Shown here piece after piece: positions 19,512 through 28,746 of a DNA stretch of 38,866 nt. Within the stretch, counting starts at the first letter, position 1, and each line of letters begins with the position of its first letter. The DNA is taken from positions 1 through 38,866 of the IMG/VR virus record IMGVR_UViG_3300005805_000205; one strand, 5' to 3'. The notes under the pieces are model-generated. The model worked only from the letters and a program-made list of their open reading frames with translations, was not told where the DNA came from and made no database searches. The stretch comes from a virus (Duplodnaviria; Caudoviricetes). Made by a program: the position numbers and the translations under genes.

Positions 19512-19778
19512 ATGTTCATAGATAATTTAACAGGAATTGAATTCACTTTCTATACCGAAGATCAGTACGAAAGAGCACGCTTTGGTGGATACATAGAAAA
19601 TTATAAGATTGCTAGAATTGAAGTAACGTACGACGATGGATCTAGAATAGATGCGCCGTACCACTCATTCGAAGAATTTCAGAAATGTATTAAACAAATG
19701 TGGGATGCCAATAATGTGGTAAGTGTATTACCGTATCAAGCTGATCACTACTACGACATACAAGAATATGCAGAATAA
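19512..19778 (+). CDS. Hypothetical protein
   Basis: A-rich leader; 88 aa. Confidence 0.65.
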   Translation: MFIDNLTGIEFTFYTEDQYERARFGGYIENYKIARIEVTYDDGSRIDAPYHSFEEFQKCIKQMWDANNVVSVLPYQADHYYDIQEYAE

Positions 19779-19794
19779 TTTAAAAACCAATAAT

Positions 19795-19992
19795 ATGATA
19801 CAAGATATAGAAAAAGAAATGCAATTAATACAAGACAGAGAAAATACAATGGCAAATCCAGAATTCCAAGCTTGGATGAAGGAACTAAATGTATCTCAAT
19901 CTTACGAAGATAGATCAGCAAAAATAAATGCTTACGATCTACAAATACAATACGATACTAAACTTTATTCTAAATTAAACTTTAATATATAA
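19795..19992 (+). CDS. Hypothetical protein
   Basis: ATG 19795 after an A-rich leader; 65 aa. Confidence 0.6.
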   Translation: MIQDIEKEMQLIQDRENTMANPEFQAWMKELNVSQSYEDRSAKINAYDLQIQYDTKLYSKLNFNI

Positions 19993-19995
19993 GAT

Positions 19996-20601
19996 ATGAG
20001 ATTAAGCAAAAACGATAAGATGTTTATTGAATTGGTGAAAAATGGTTGCAAGAAACACAAAGTATCGTGTAAGCTTAAAGACGTAAACTATTTAAAGCCT
20101 ACGCCAACGATTAGATGCACAGGTTATTTTGACGACGAGAGCAGAACGTTACAAGTCGCAATGAAACAGAGAGACGCATTCGAAATATTGGTACACGAAT
20201 ACAGTCACCTTACTCAGTGGATAGATAAAGTACCAGTGTATACGAAAGCAAACAAATATCTTCTTGCTGTGGATGAGTGGATAGCAGGAACAGATCTGCC
20301 TGAAATAGTAATAGATACAGCTATACAAGGAATAGTAGATTTGGAATTGGACAATGAGAAGAGATCTGCTAAATTGATAAACAAGTATGGCTTAAGCATA
20401 GATAAAGAAAGCTATGTGAAAAAAGCAAATGCTTATTTGTACTTTTACCATTGGATGAGGAAGACGAGAAAATGGTGCAGTCCAAACAATCCACCTTACA
20501 GAAACAAGAATATTGTTGCTGCGATGCCAACAGCATTTAGAGGTAAGTACGATAAATTACCAAAGAGATTTGAAAAAGTATTTGAACAAGAAAATATCTA
20601 A
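19996..20601 (+). CDS. Zincin-like (HExxH) putative metallopeptidase 1
   Basis: ILVHEYSHLTQW plus a downstream ELDNE helix. Confidence 0.65.
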   Translation: MRLSKNDKMFIELVKNGCKKHKVSCKLKDVNYLKPTPTIRCTGYFDDESRTLQVAMKQRDAFEILVHEYSHLTQWIDKVPVYTKANKYLLAVDEWIAGTDLPEIVIDTAIQGIVDLELDNEKRSAKLINKYGLSIDKESYVKKANAYLYFYHWMRKTRKWCSPNNPPYRNKNIVAAMPTAFRGKYDKLPKRFEKVFEQENI

Positions 20602-20602
20602 T

Positions 20603-21166
20603 ATGAAAATAAATAGAAAACGTGTAGCGTGGTATCTACAAAATATCAGATCTAACAATCAAGATTTAACAGACGAACAGTTAATAGATAAGTTGGCGAC
20701 GTGGATGGAAACCAATCCAGAATGTATAGATATACACGGAGTATCTCATGAAGGTCGATACTACTATTCTACAGTTGGTTACGGAGTATTCAGTTTATTG
20801 GGTGAAAGATACAGAATGGGTAGAGTAGAGATATTTGACAAACAAAATGAGAGTGGATATCAAATTGACGAAGGATCTTATTGCATGCCTTTCGTATCTG
20901 CTAATCAATTTGAAGACTTTATAGAGTCGATAGAAACTGATCTACCTATAAACATACATATAGGATCTCACGAGCAATGCGAACAAGCTTGCGCACTAGA
21001 TTTAGGCTTTGACAATGCAGAGGCAATGAGAGATCCCGTAAATGTTAAAGCATATAGAGATAAGAAAAATGATGAGTATGCGGTAGAACAAGGCTATAAA
21101 GATTGGGCTGACTTATTGTCTAAAAGTAAATGGAATAAACCAAAAAAAGATGAAAATACAATATAA
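20603..21166 (+). CDS. Hypothetical protein
   Basis: ATG 20603 immediately after the upstream stop. Confidence 0.7.
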   Translation: MKINRKRVAWYLQNIRSNNQDLTDEQLIDKLATWMETNPECIDIHGVSHEGRYYYSTVGYGVFSLLGERYRMGRVEIFDKQNESGYQIDEGSYCMPFVSANQFEDFIESIETDLPINIHIGSHEQCEQACALDLGFDNAEAMRDPVNVKAYRDKKNDEYAVEQGYKDWADLLSKSKWNKPKKDENTI

Positions 21167-21827
21167 CATAAAAGAAATAAAACCAAAGGTTTTTGCGGTT
21201 ATAGTGCCAGACAGGTATCATAGAGCAATGCTATTCATGAGAGTGCAAGAGTTCTACGAGTGTCCTAACCCTAAATTTAGAGGCAAGTCTTTTGCAATAT
21301 GGGACTATATAGAGTGGTACAGTAGAAAGCATCATGACAATTTTTCATATGCTGCAGATTGGGTAGGCTTTAACTTTCCTCTGAAGGTGGCACAAAAATG
21401 TTACAGCAAGCCGCATCTATACTATACTCCTTACGATGCGACCATGGGCAAGATATTAGATCAGATTAAAGAGACCGTTAATTTAAAGTATGGTCTTAAA
21501 TCTAAAGCTTATATCATAGGAGTGGCTGATTTAACATCTACCACATTTCAACATGAATTGTGTCATGCCTATTATCACATAGATAGTAGCTATAAGAAAG
21601 AGGCAGACGCTATCACTAAAGATATAGATCCTAAAATATACAAGAGAATGTGCAAGAACTTGGAAGATATGGGATACACAGAACAGGTATTCAATGACGA
21701 GATTCAGGCATACACATGTGTAGATTCAGATTACTTTGAATTCAATTCTAAGATACCTGAAACCAAATTAGAAAAACTATCAAAAAAGTATAAAGTTATA
21801 TATGAAAAATACATTAACCAAAAATAA
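21150..21827 (+). CDS. Zincin-like (HExxH) putative metallopeptidase 2
   Basis: TFQHELCHAYY plus downstream DEIQAY. Confidence 0.62.
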   Translation: MKIQYNIKEIKPKVFAVIVPDRYHRAMLFMRVQEFYECPNPKFRGKSFAIWDYIEWYSRKHHDNFSYAADWVGFNFPLKVAQKCYSKPHLYYTPYDATMGKILDQIKETVNLKYGLKSKAYIIGVADLTSTTFQHELCHAYYHIDSSYKKEADAITKDIDPKIYKRMCKNLEDMGYTEQVFNDEIQAYTCVDSDYFEFNSKIPETKLEKLSKKYKVIYEKYINQK

Positions 21828-21924
21828 AGATAAAGAGAAAGAAAGACTTAAGAAGTATAAAAAGGTACAGAAAGAAGTTATAGCAAGTTTAACAAAAGCA
21901 GAAAGAAAAGCATTAGGATTATGA
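21802..21924 (+). CDS. Small basic protein (40 aa, ends ...SLTKAERKALGL)
   Basis: Bridges the gap between ORFs; its stop overlaps the next ATG (ATGA); not in the ORF track. Confidence 0.55.
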   Translation: MKNTLTKNKDKEKERLKKYKKVQKEVIASLTKAERKALGL

Positions 21925-22316
21925 CAAAGGAAAAGAACTACGTGACAAGGGCTACAGCACAGAAAATACTGGATTGGTGCTACTTCACATATGGCAGATC
22001 CAAGATTAATGGTCCATATCCAGCTCTAGAATTTAGAAAGCCGGACTATTATACTGGAGACGATTATGGATACTATGATGAGGTAGACCAGACCATATTT
22101 GTAAACAAGGAAACTCACCACACTTTAGAGGAGTTGGTGAAGACCATTATCCACGAGTATTGGCACTACGTTAGTCACTCTATGCACGAGTATCAGATAC
22201 TGGCCAAGTGGTTAACTTCTGACAAGAACCCAATGGAGAAGGATGCCATCAGAATAGAGAGGCGAGACTATAAAAAATGTCTAAGATACTTAAAAAAGCA
22301 ATACAATATTGGTTAA
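21921..22316 (+). CDS. Zincin-like (HExxH) putative metallopeptidase 3
   Basis: GYYD....TIFVN...LVKTIIHEYWHY...NPMEKDA. Confidence 0.68.
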   Translation: MTKEKNYVTRATAQKILDWCYFTYGRSKINGPYPALEFRKPDYYTGDDYGYYDEVDQTIFVNKETHHTLEELVKTIIHEYWHYVSHSMHEYQILAKWLTSDKNPMEKDAIRIERRDYKKCLRYLKKQYNIG

Positions 22317-22322
22317 CTTCAA

Positions 22323-22330
22323 ATATTTAT
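22323..22330 (+). promoter_or_regulatory. Putative phage late promoter ATATTTAT
   Basis: Intergenic, 9 nt before ATG 22340. Confidence 0.5.
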
Positions 22331-22339
22331 GTTCAGGAT

Positions 22340-22555
22340 ATGCTAATTCACGATACACTAGATAAAATAGCGGAAGAGACACAGATCCCAACCGAGATAC
22401 ATGAATACTTACATGTAAATAGTAGAGAAGCATGGGTTGAAACCATGGTTTTGCTAATAGATACAGGTCAGATCAAAGCATCGGCAAGACAAATTAAAGT
22501 TTTAGCGGACAATTGGGAAGACCTTTTGTGTAGAAAGTATTCAAACTTAAATTAG
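22340..22555 (+). CDS. Hypothetical protein
   Basis: ATG 22340 after ATATTTAT; this start avoids overlap with the upstream gene. Confidence 0.6.
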   Translation: MLIHDTLDKIAEETQIPTEIHEYLHVNSREAWVETMVLLIDTGQIKASARQIKVLADNWEDLLCRKYSNLN

Positions 22556-22561
22556 AAATAA

Positions 22562-22849
22562 ATGATTTTAGCAGTGGTAGACGTAAACAGTCTCCAATTT
22601 GGATTAATGCAGTATGGTATTCTTGGAATATTAGCATTTCTATTAGGATACTTTGCATGGCAACAGTATCTGAGACTAGTCAAAAAGAACGATGAACTTG
22701 AGGCGAAGGTTGACAAGTTACAAGAAGACATAATGAAGCTGTTAATCGAAGAGCGAGATAGATTCGACGTTCTTATCAGAGACAATACAGCAGCATTGCA
22801 AGAGTTACAGAAAATGATATATAAGTACATGGTTAAAAATAAGGAGTAA
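22562..22849 (+). CDS. Single-TM plus coiled-coil protein (BhlA-type holin-like architecture)
   Basis: QYGILGILAFLLGYFAW hydrophobic segment followed by a heptad-rich tail. Confidence 0.5.
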   Translation: MILAVVDVNSLQFGLMQYGILGILAFLLGYFAWQQYLRLVKKNDELEAKVDKLQEDIMKLLIEERDRFDVLIRDNTAALQELQKMIYKYMVKNKE

Positions 22850-23160
22850 TGAATTTTAAGACATCGGCATTAGCAAAAGCAGGAGACAAATTACTTAAAG
22901 CTTTAGAGTTGGCCGATTCTTTTAAAAAAAGAAAAGAAACATTACAACAAGATTACGGTACTAAAATATACCTTTTAAAAGAGGCGCTATCAGAAGAATA
23001 TAAGAGATGCATAGAGAATAGTAAATCCACTGGATTATTCGCTATGAAAAGAGAGGTGGTAGAAAAGCACATACAGTTCGTAAAGTCTGTACAAAACAAA
23101 AAGAATTTAAACGAAAACGAAAAACAAATAATAGACACACTCATCTCAAAATATACATAA
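22849..23160 (+). CDS. Hypothetical protein
   Basis: TAATG stop-start coupling to the upstream gene; 103 aa. Confidence 0.65.
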   Translation: MNFKTSALAKAGDKLLKALELADSFKKRKETLQQDYGTKIYLLKEALSEEYKRCIENSKSTGLFAMKREVVEKHIQFVKSVQNKKNLNENEKQIIDTLISKYT

Positions 23161-23177
23161 AACCCCATCTAAAGGTT

Positions 23178-23375
23178 ATGAAACAGTTTTTTTTCAAAAA
23201 GAAGCAGAAAGTCTCCATCCTTCCTTGCAGCTCAGATCAAATCGGTTGCTTTTATCACATCGAACTATTTGGTAAACCGTGTCCAGGTTGCACACATACA
23301 ATACCAGAGAACACAAAAGATCATAAAATTCAGCTGCCCCAGTCTTCCCCATTAGACTCAATTCCTAAGACTTAG
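23178..23375 (+). CDS. Possible small Cys-containing protein
   Basis: GGTTATG start and CPGC motif, but the C/T-rich composition is atypical. Confidence 0.35.
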   Translation: MKQFFFKKKQKVSILPCSSDQIGCFYHIELFGKPCPGCTHTIPENTKDHKIQLPQSSPLDSIPKT

Positions 23376-23442
23376 TATATTATAGCCATATTGGGCAAAG
23401 CTGTCCAAATGAGCTCCTATTAGCCCAATGTATCCCATTGGA

Positions 23443-23565
23443 AACCAATCAGTTATGCATATTAAAAAAGAATATCCATAACGCGTTGGTTATCTATCGA
23501 GAATTTTTAAAATACTTGATAAATAATTTTTTTATTTCGGGGGATAGTAGTACTTTTACCCTGTT
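23443..23565 (+). promoter_or_regulatory. Promoter island B
   Basis: Boxes at 23443-23455(-) and 23479-23491; TAAAATACTT at 23508; TACTTTTACCCTGTT at 23551-23565; homologous to islands A and C. Confidence 0.7.
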
Positions 23566-23616
23566 GCTGCTAAATATAGCATCATATATAAAAAAACATT
23601 AATATAAATAAAAGTT

Positions 23617-24528
23617 ATGAATACACTACAAACCACGTTGACTGCGTTAAAGTCACAGTTAGAGTCTCAAAGAGAAGCCGCTAAGTATTACAGCGAAAAT
23701 GTGTTTGACAAAGAAGTCGCATCGTTACAAAGCAAGATCTCAGACTTCTTAGAAAAGTTTTTTGGCGAAAGGTACGAAGTTACATACGACGGTAGTCAAG
23801 TGTGTATATGGACTAATAGCGATGCAGAAGATAGACGTTGGAGCGGTGACGCTATTAGAATCGACTACTATGGTTCTTACGGTGAAAAAGCTACAGCAAG
23901 ATTGTCATGGTACTCTACTTCTTGTACAGTAAACGATACGAAGCATCTTAAATATCTAAAAGCTTTAGGATTGGTAGCTACGATAATGAATCAAATAGAT
24001 GCTGAAATGCCTAAATGGAGCAAAGAGTATCAACAATACTCTGAAAAGTTATATGCTACATTCTTACAACCATTATCTCACACAGAATTTGCTATACGTA
24101 AGACAGAAGCTCAGATATTAGAAGAAGGTCTCGCTTCTTATAAAAAGCCTGGCTTTCAACATACAATATCGCCACGTAAAGTATGTGATAGAAAGTGGGA
24201 AATACCTCACGATGAATTAGGTGCATACACATTAGAAACGCAACCTCAGTACTTCGATCTACAAACTGGTAGAAGTAAATGGGATTATGTAAGAGTTTAC
24301 GCATTCGAAGTAATTGGTGATAGTAAGAGAGGTAAGGTAGAGATGAACATATTAACTACAGCTGCAGAAGATGGATCTTTCACTCCTATAGAAGTTACTA
24401 AAGCTCGCTTCGATGACTTTATTGCAACGGTATACAACTGGGAGAACTTCGATAGCGAAAAATACAACGCTAAACAAACAGAAAAGTACAACAGTCACAT
24501 GAGCAAATTTGCTGAGGTGTTAGCTTAA
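23617..24528 (+). CDS. Hypothetical early protein (303 aa)
   Basis: AAATAAAAGTTATG start downstream of island B. Confidence 0.75.
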   Translation: MNTLQTTLTALKSQLESQREAAKYYSENVFDKEVASLQSKISDFLEKFFGERYEVTYDGSQVCIWTNSDAEDRRWSGDAIRIDYYGSYGEKATARLSWYSTSCTVNDTKHLKYLKALGLVATIMNQIDAEMPKWSKEYQQYSEKLYATFLQPLSHTEFAIRKTEAQILEEGLASYKKPGFQHTISPRKVCDRKWEIPHDELGAYTLETQPQYFDLQTGRSKWDYVRVYAFEVIGDSKRGKVEMNILTTAAEDGSFTPIEVTKARFDDFIATVYNWENFDSEKYNAKQTEKYNSHMSKFAEVLA

Positions 24529-24545
24529 TCATTAAAATAAAAGTT

Positions 24546-24770
24546 ATGAAATTGTATGCAGTTATCCTCACGACAGAGGATTATATAGACACAGTAATAT
24601 TTGACAACGAAAAAGAAGCCGTAGACAATTTTGATTGTATCGACTACAATGTTGTTGACGATTATGATAACACATTTGCTGTAGTAGCAGAACTCGATGG
24701 ATTAGGTAAGGACTTTGGTTTCGGAGCAAGAGGTGAGTTTCATGGTGGAAATATTATCAAACAAAAATAA
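24546..24770 (+). CDS. Hypothetical acidic protein
   Basis: AAATAAAAGTTATG start; 74 aa. Confidence 0.7.
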   Translation: MKLYAVILTTEDYIDTVIFDNEKEAVDNFDCIDYNVVDDYDNTFAVVAELDGLGKDFGFGARGEFHGGNIIKQK

Positions 24771-24776
24771 AATTTA

Positions 24777-24977
24777 ATGGATTATAAAGCACATGTCTTT
24801 CAAAGTTTAGGCAATGGTAAATTGCATCCATCCAGAACTCAGTGTGGTAGGCACATACAAAGGAATAGTCGAGGCACATTTGTCACAAAGACTGCCCACT
24901 TTATTGAACTACACAAAGAAGATCCAAAAAATGTGTGCGAAAAGTGCTTAGCGTGGTTATTAAATAAAACAAAATAA
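24777..24977 (+). CDS. Small putative Zn-binding protein
   Basis: H...TQCG...CEKC pattern. Confidence 0.6.
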   Translation: MDYKAHVFQSLGNGKLHPSRTQCGRHIQRNSRGTFVTKTAHFIELHKEDPKNVCEKCLAWLLNKTK

Positions 24978-24989
24978 AAAATAAAAGTT

Positions 24990-25454
24990 ATGGGATTAGA
25001 CATGTATTTGTACAAAAAAACATTCTTACACACAGGAGAATGGGTACGCGAAGATAAAAGATGCGAAGTAATAATCACAGAAGGTGGTAAGCCACATCCG
25101 TTCATCAATCCAAAAAAGATTGACTACATCGTAGAAGAAGTTGGATATTGGCGTAAAGCAAATCAGATCCATCAGTGGTTCGTAAAGAACGTGCAGAAAG
25201 ATCAAGACGATTGTAGAGAGTACAGTGTAGACTACGAACAGTTGCGAGATCTGTTGAATGCTTGCGAAGACGTATTAGAAGATCATAGTAAAGCGGAGCA
25301 GTTATTACCAAGAAGCTCAGGCTTTTTCTTTGGTAGCACAGACTACGATGACTACTACTTCGAGCAAGTACAGAACACATACGATATCTTAATGAGTATC
25401 GTGTCAGCTGGAGATGCAGATACACAAGAGTACACATATCAATCAAGTTGGTAA
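24990..25454 (+). CDS. Conserved phage hypothetical protein
   Basis: MGLDMYL...YWRKANQIHQWF...LLP..SGFFFG...YQSSW, a pattern I recognise as widespread in phages. Confidence 0.8.
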   Translation: MGLDMYLYKKTFLHTGEWVREDKRCEVIITEGGKPHPFINPKKIDYIVEEVGYWRKANQIHQWFVKNVQKDQDDCREYSVDYEQLRDLLNACEDVLEDHSKAEQLLPRSSGFFFGSTDYDDYYFEQVQNTYDILMSIVSAGDADTQEYTYQSSW

Positions 25455-25474
25455 CATTTAAAATTAAAACAGTT

Positions 25475-25735
25475 ATGAAAACATTCAATGATTTGAAATT
25501 CAAACCACATCCAATGGGATCTGGTATTATTAGTCGAATCAAATTCGATAACGGTTACGGTGCATCAGTAGTTAAAGGTCCACACACTTATGGTGGAGAC
25601 AAAGGTCTATACGAGTTAGCAGTAACAGATTCAAACGATCAGTTAACTTACGAGACACCTGTGACCAACGATGTAGAAGGTTACTTGACAGAAGAAGACG
25701 TAACAAAATTATTAATACAAATTCAAAATTTATAA
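25475..25735 (+). CDS. Conserved phage hypothetical protein
   Basis: F.NGYGASVV...YGG..GLYELAV...YETPVT.DV.GYL pattern; CAGTTATG start at 25475. Confidence 0.8.
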   Translation: MKTFNDLKFKPHPMGSGIISRIKFDNGYGASVVKGPHTYGGDKGLYELAVTDSNDQLTYETPVTNDVEGYLTEEDVTKLLIQIQNL

Positions 25736-25738
25736 TCT

Positions 25739-25909
25739 ATGTTTGAAGAAATTGAAATCGGAGATATCTATAACGAGAACGAAGAAGAGTTAATTGAAAT
25801 GATCGAAGAACTTGAGAAGGAAGTTAAGTTCTATTTGACACAAGGTAACAAGACTGCCGCTAACTTGATCAAGAAACAAATTAAGGATCTTAAAAAAGCA
25901 CATTTCTAA
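25739..25909 (+). CDS. Small protein (56 aa, acidic N-terminus, basic C-terminus)
   Basis: MFEEIEIGDIYNENEEELIEMIEELEKEVKFYLTQGNKTAANLIKKQIKDLKKAHF fills the gap exactly; not in the ORF track. Confidence 0.65.
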   Translation: MFEEIEIGDIYNENEEELIEMIEELEKEVKFYLTQGNKTAANLIKKQIKDLKKAHF

Positions 25910-25911
25910 TT

Positions 25912-26124
25912 ATGAAAACAGAAGAAACACTAACGCGAGTATTACTAGCACTTGGAGTAATAGCTTTATTAGGCATCTTATTAGGTTTACCATTACAGCT
26001 ATTATGGAACTGGTTAATGCCAACCATATTCAATCTGCCTACTATAACATTTTGGCAGGCGATGGGACTTAATATCATGGCATCTATATTATTTAAAGAT
26101 AACAGTATTAAAAATGACAAGTAA
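25912..26124 (+). CDS. Small membrane protein
   Basis: Hydrophobic; LWNWLMP.IF.LP.ITFWQAMGL pattern. Confidence 0.75.
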   Translation: MKTEETLTRVLLALGVIALLGILLGLPLQLLWNWLMPTIFNLPTITFWQAMGLNIMASILFKDNSIKNDK

Positions 26125-26329
26125 GAAATATTGCAAAGTATGTAACGTAGAGATCCACCCAAAAAGGGTGGCTCTTGGTTACTCAACAACATGTGTTAAC
26201 CACAGCACAGCAGAGAGATTCACAGGCCACTTAGTGGTAGACGGTAAGACAGATTATTCAATACAAATAATCAAAGATCCTGAGGTAGGTAAGAAGCTCA
26301 AACAGTTGGCTCAGGCTTCCATAGGCTAG
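26114..26329 (+). CDS. TraR/DksA-like Zn-finger protein
   Basis: YCKVC..EIHPKR....STTCVNH. Confidence 0.55.
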   Translation: MTSKKYCKVCNVEIHPKRVALGYSTTCVNHSTAERFTGHLVVDGKTDYSIQIIKDPEVGKKLKQLAQASIG

Positions 26330-26331
26330 AC

Positions 26332-26339
26332 ATATTTAT
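26332..26339 (+). promoter_or_regulatory. Putative phage late promoter ATATTTAT
   Basis: Intergenic, upstream of ATG 26358. Confidence 0.5.
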
Positions 26340-26357
26340 TAACACAAACAAGAATAC

Positions 26358-26642
26358 ATGAGCTACATAAAACCACAAGACTATTCAAAACAGATAGCAA
26401 GTCTATTATCAGAAGGCATAGATAACGTTACGGGTATGGTAACAGAACCTACCGTTGTTACAGTAAAAGAAGCAATTCAAAACCTTACCACAGAGGAAAG
26501 AGAACAATTAGAACAGTATGCTGCGTCTTTAAAGGAGATCAAAACTGAAATGAATAAGTTGATTAACAAGGGTAAAAAAGGAAAGAAGGTAGAAGAAACT
26601 GGCGGAGACATGATGAATTTGACGATGCCAACGGAAGAGTAA
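26358..26642 (+). CDS. Hypothetical coiled-coil protein (putative late gene)
   Basis: 94 aa; follows ATATTTAT. Confidence 0.7.
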   Translation: MSYIKPQDYSKQIASLLSEGIDNVTGMVTEPTVVTVKEAIQNLTTEEREQLEQYAASLKEIKTEMNKLINKGKKGKKVEETGGDMMNLTMPTEE

Positions 26643-26659
26643 TATAAATAAAAACAGTT

Positions 26660-27001
26660 ATGCAAAATTTAGTTTTCGGTATCCTATACGGGATTCTCGG
26701 TCAAGTAGGATCGTTCGTACAATTACAAGCAGCACTAAAATATGGGTGGTACCCTAAATACACAGTGCCTCTACTATTAATGGCGGTTCCTTTAAGTTGG
26801 TTCTATGTCAAATCAGTGGAGTATTTTATCAGTGCATTTAACGGATCTATATGGGAAAGCAGACTACTAGGTTTTTCTATAGGCATAATCATGTTTACAG
26901 TACTCAGTGCGATCATGTTTAAAGAGCCATTCACACTCAAAACTATCATAAGTTTGCTACTCGGTTTTTGTATCGTGGCAATTCAGGTACTTTGGAGATA
27001 G
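26660..27001 (+). CDS. 4-TM membrane protein, SMR/DMT-like architecture
   Basis: 113 aa with four hydrophobic helices; FKEPFTLK..ISLLLG C-terminal pattern. Confidence 0.6.
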   Translation: MQNLVFGILYGILGQVGSFVQLQAALKYGWYPKYTVPLLLMAVPLSWFYVKSVEYFISAFNGSIWESRLLGFSIGIIMFTVLSAIMFKEPFTLKTIISLLLGFCIVAIQVLWR

Positions 27002-27038
27002 ATTTTATTAACATTATTAATTAGATTAATTTTAAGTT

Positions 27039-27797
27039 ATGAAAACGGTTGTAATAGCAGATGTGCATGGTAGAGATATGTGGAAACAAATCGTAGCTCA
27101 AGAAAACGATGCTGATAGGTTTGTGTTCTTAGGAGATTACTTCGACTCTTTTGATATCAGCGGAGTGGAGCAGATGCATAATTTTAAAGAGATTGTAGAG
27201 CTTAAAGAAACAAGCAACAAAGAAGTTATCATGCTAATAGGCAACCACGATTACCATTATTTTCCTGAGATAGGTGATAGTTCCACGTCAGGTTATCAAA
27301 CAAGACTCGCTCCATCTATCAAACAATTAGTTGATGAGAGTCGTCAACATTTACAAGTTGCATATAGAATGGGTCAGTTCGTATTCAGTCACGCAGGAAT
27401 CAGTAGCGAATGGTTAGATGACTTCATTCCAAGTTGGACACTTAATACAATGGTAGATCAGATCAATGACACATTTAAGTATACACCAACAAATCTGTGC
27501 TACAGATCTTATAAGATAACAGATATAGACAATGGAATAGTGATAGGATCAGGAGGATTCGGCAATGAAACATATCAAGGTCCTATGTGGATCAGACCTA
27601 AAGCTTTAATGGATGCCAATAAGAAAACACTACGTAAGAAGATCATTCAAGTAGTAGGTCACACATATCAGAATGAAATAGATAAAGAAGGCAAGGCAAC
27701 AGGCGGTAGATACTATTTCGTTGATGTACAAGAAACAAGTCAAGAATATATGATTATTATAGATAATCAAATATCATTTAATAAAACAAAACAATAA
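27039..27797 (+). CDS. Calcineurin-like metallophosphoesterase
   Basis: DVHG, GDYFD, GNHD, SHAG and VGHT motifs. Confidence 0.92.
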   Translation: MKTVVIADVHGRDMWKQIVAQENDADRFVFLGDYFDSFDISGVEQMHNFKEIVELKETSNKEVIMLIGNHDYHYFPEIGDSSTSGYQTRLAPSIKQLVDESRQHLQVAYRMGQFVFSHAGISSEWLDDFIPSWTLNTMVDQINDTFKYTPTNLCYRSYKITDIDNGIVIGSGGFGNETYQGPMWIRPKALMDANKKTLRKKIIQVVGHTYQNEIDKEGKATGGRYYFVDVQETSQEYMIIIDNQISFNKTKQ

Positions 27798-27800
27798 GTT

Positions 27801-28082
27801 ATGCCAACAATTAGACAGCACGATGTACCTGTAGAAGCAGAAGTTACCGTAGATTTTGAAGTAGAAGTAAATGAATTCTTAGAAGATTGCGATTCTTATG
27901 AAATAGACAACGTCATAGATTGGTTAAAAGAGAAAGGACGCATAAAAGATACACATATAGATAGACAAGTCTGCGCTACTGAATTGGAATTCATAGAAGC
28001 TTTAGATAAGTTATGTACAAAATGGAATGTGTTATCTAAAGAAGAAGAGTTGTTTATAATAAACTTAGCCAAAAGGTTTTAA
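27801..28082 (+). CDS. Hypothetical protein
   Basis: AAGTTATG start; 93 aa. Confidence 0.7.
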   Translation: MPTIRQHDVPVEAEVTVDFEVEVNEFLEDCDSYEIDNVIDWLKEKGRIKDTHIDRQVCATELEFIEALDKLCTKWNVLSKEEELFIINLAKRF

Positions 28083-28085
28083 TTT

Positions 28086-28250
28086 ATGGCTTCAGTGGTA
28101 GAATTAGTAGATCAAATAGAGCACATGTTTTCTAAACAGCCAGACAAAAGAAAGAAGGCAGAACACAAAGAGTGGAAGGACACCATAAACAAATTAATAC
28201 ATGATTGTAATAAATTGTGTAAATTTAAAATGTATTTCGTAATAAAATAA
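28086..28250 (+). CDS. Small hypothetical protein (54 aa)
   Basis: MASVVELVDQIEHMFSKQPDKRKK...; fills the gap; not in the ORF track. Confidence 0.6.
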   Translation: MASVVELVDQIEHMFSKQPDKRKKAEHKEWKDTINKLIHDCNKLCKFKMYFVIK

Positions 28251-28253
28251 AAC

Positions 28254-28427
28254 ATGGACAACATGAAGTGTTTAAAAAACAAAAAAACCGGTACTATTAT
28301 TAGAGTATCCGATGTACAAGCTTACCAAATGGCAGGAAACCAGTGGTCTTACGTATCTAAAACAGAGTGGAAATCTCAAGAGAGACCTACTAAAAAAGAA
28401 ACTGTCAAAGATGATAAAGAAGCTTAA
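28254..28427 (+). CDS. Small hypothetical protein (57 aa)
   Basis: MDNMKCLKNKKTGTIIRVSD...WSYVSKTEWK; fills the gap; not in the ORF track. Confidence 0.65.
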   Translation: MDNMKCLKNKKTGTIIRVSDVQAYQMAGNQWSYVSKTEWKSQERPTKKETVKDDKEA

Positions 28428-28746
28428 GCAAATTTGGCATGAGATCATCGAGAGATGGTTTTTGCTTACGTTCTATACTGAAAGAATGGAAAGAGAGAGG
28501 CTGCAAGTATTAGCTGAACTCGTTAAAAGAAAGGACACTTTATGGAAGAATATTCCTGTAAAATCAAGAACTCTTAAAGAGATTCTTACATATAAAGAAC
28601 CTAAAAAGATGAGCATCGATGAATTAGTGGAAGAGTACGAAAAAGAAAGTCCAATAATTCAAGACGCTCTATACGAAGCATTAAAAAACATTCAACAAAA
28701 AGAAAATGGCAACAACAAAAAAAACAACACAGAAGAGATCAACTAA
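28411..28746 (+). CDS. Hypothetical protein
   Basis: Start moved from 28312 to ATG 28411 because the upstream part overlaps the 28254 gene. Confidence 0.55.
   Translation: MIKKLKQIWHEIIERWFLLTFYTERMERERLQVLAELVKRKDTLWKNIPVKSRTLKEILTYKEPKKMSIDELVEEYEKESPIIQDALYEALKNIQQKENGNNKKNNTEEIN

Noticed and set aside
25739-25909. Resemblance of KFYLTQGNKTAA to Bacteroidota histone H1-like proteins
   Set aside because: The match is a few residues long and the following basic motif is missing.
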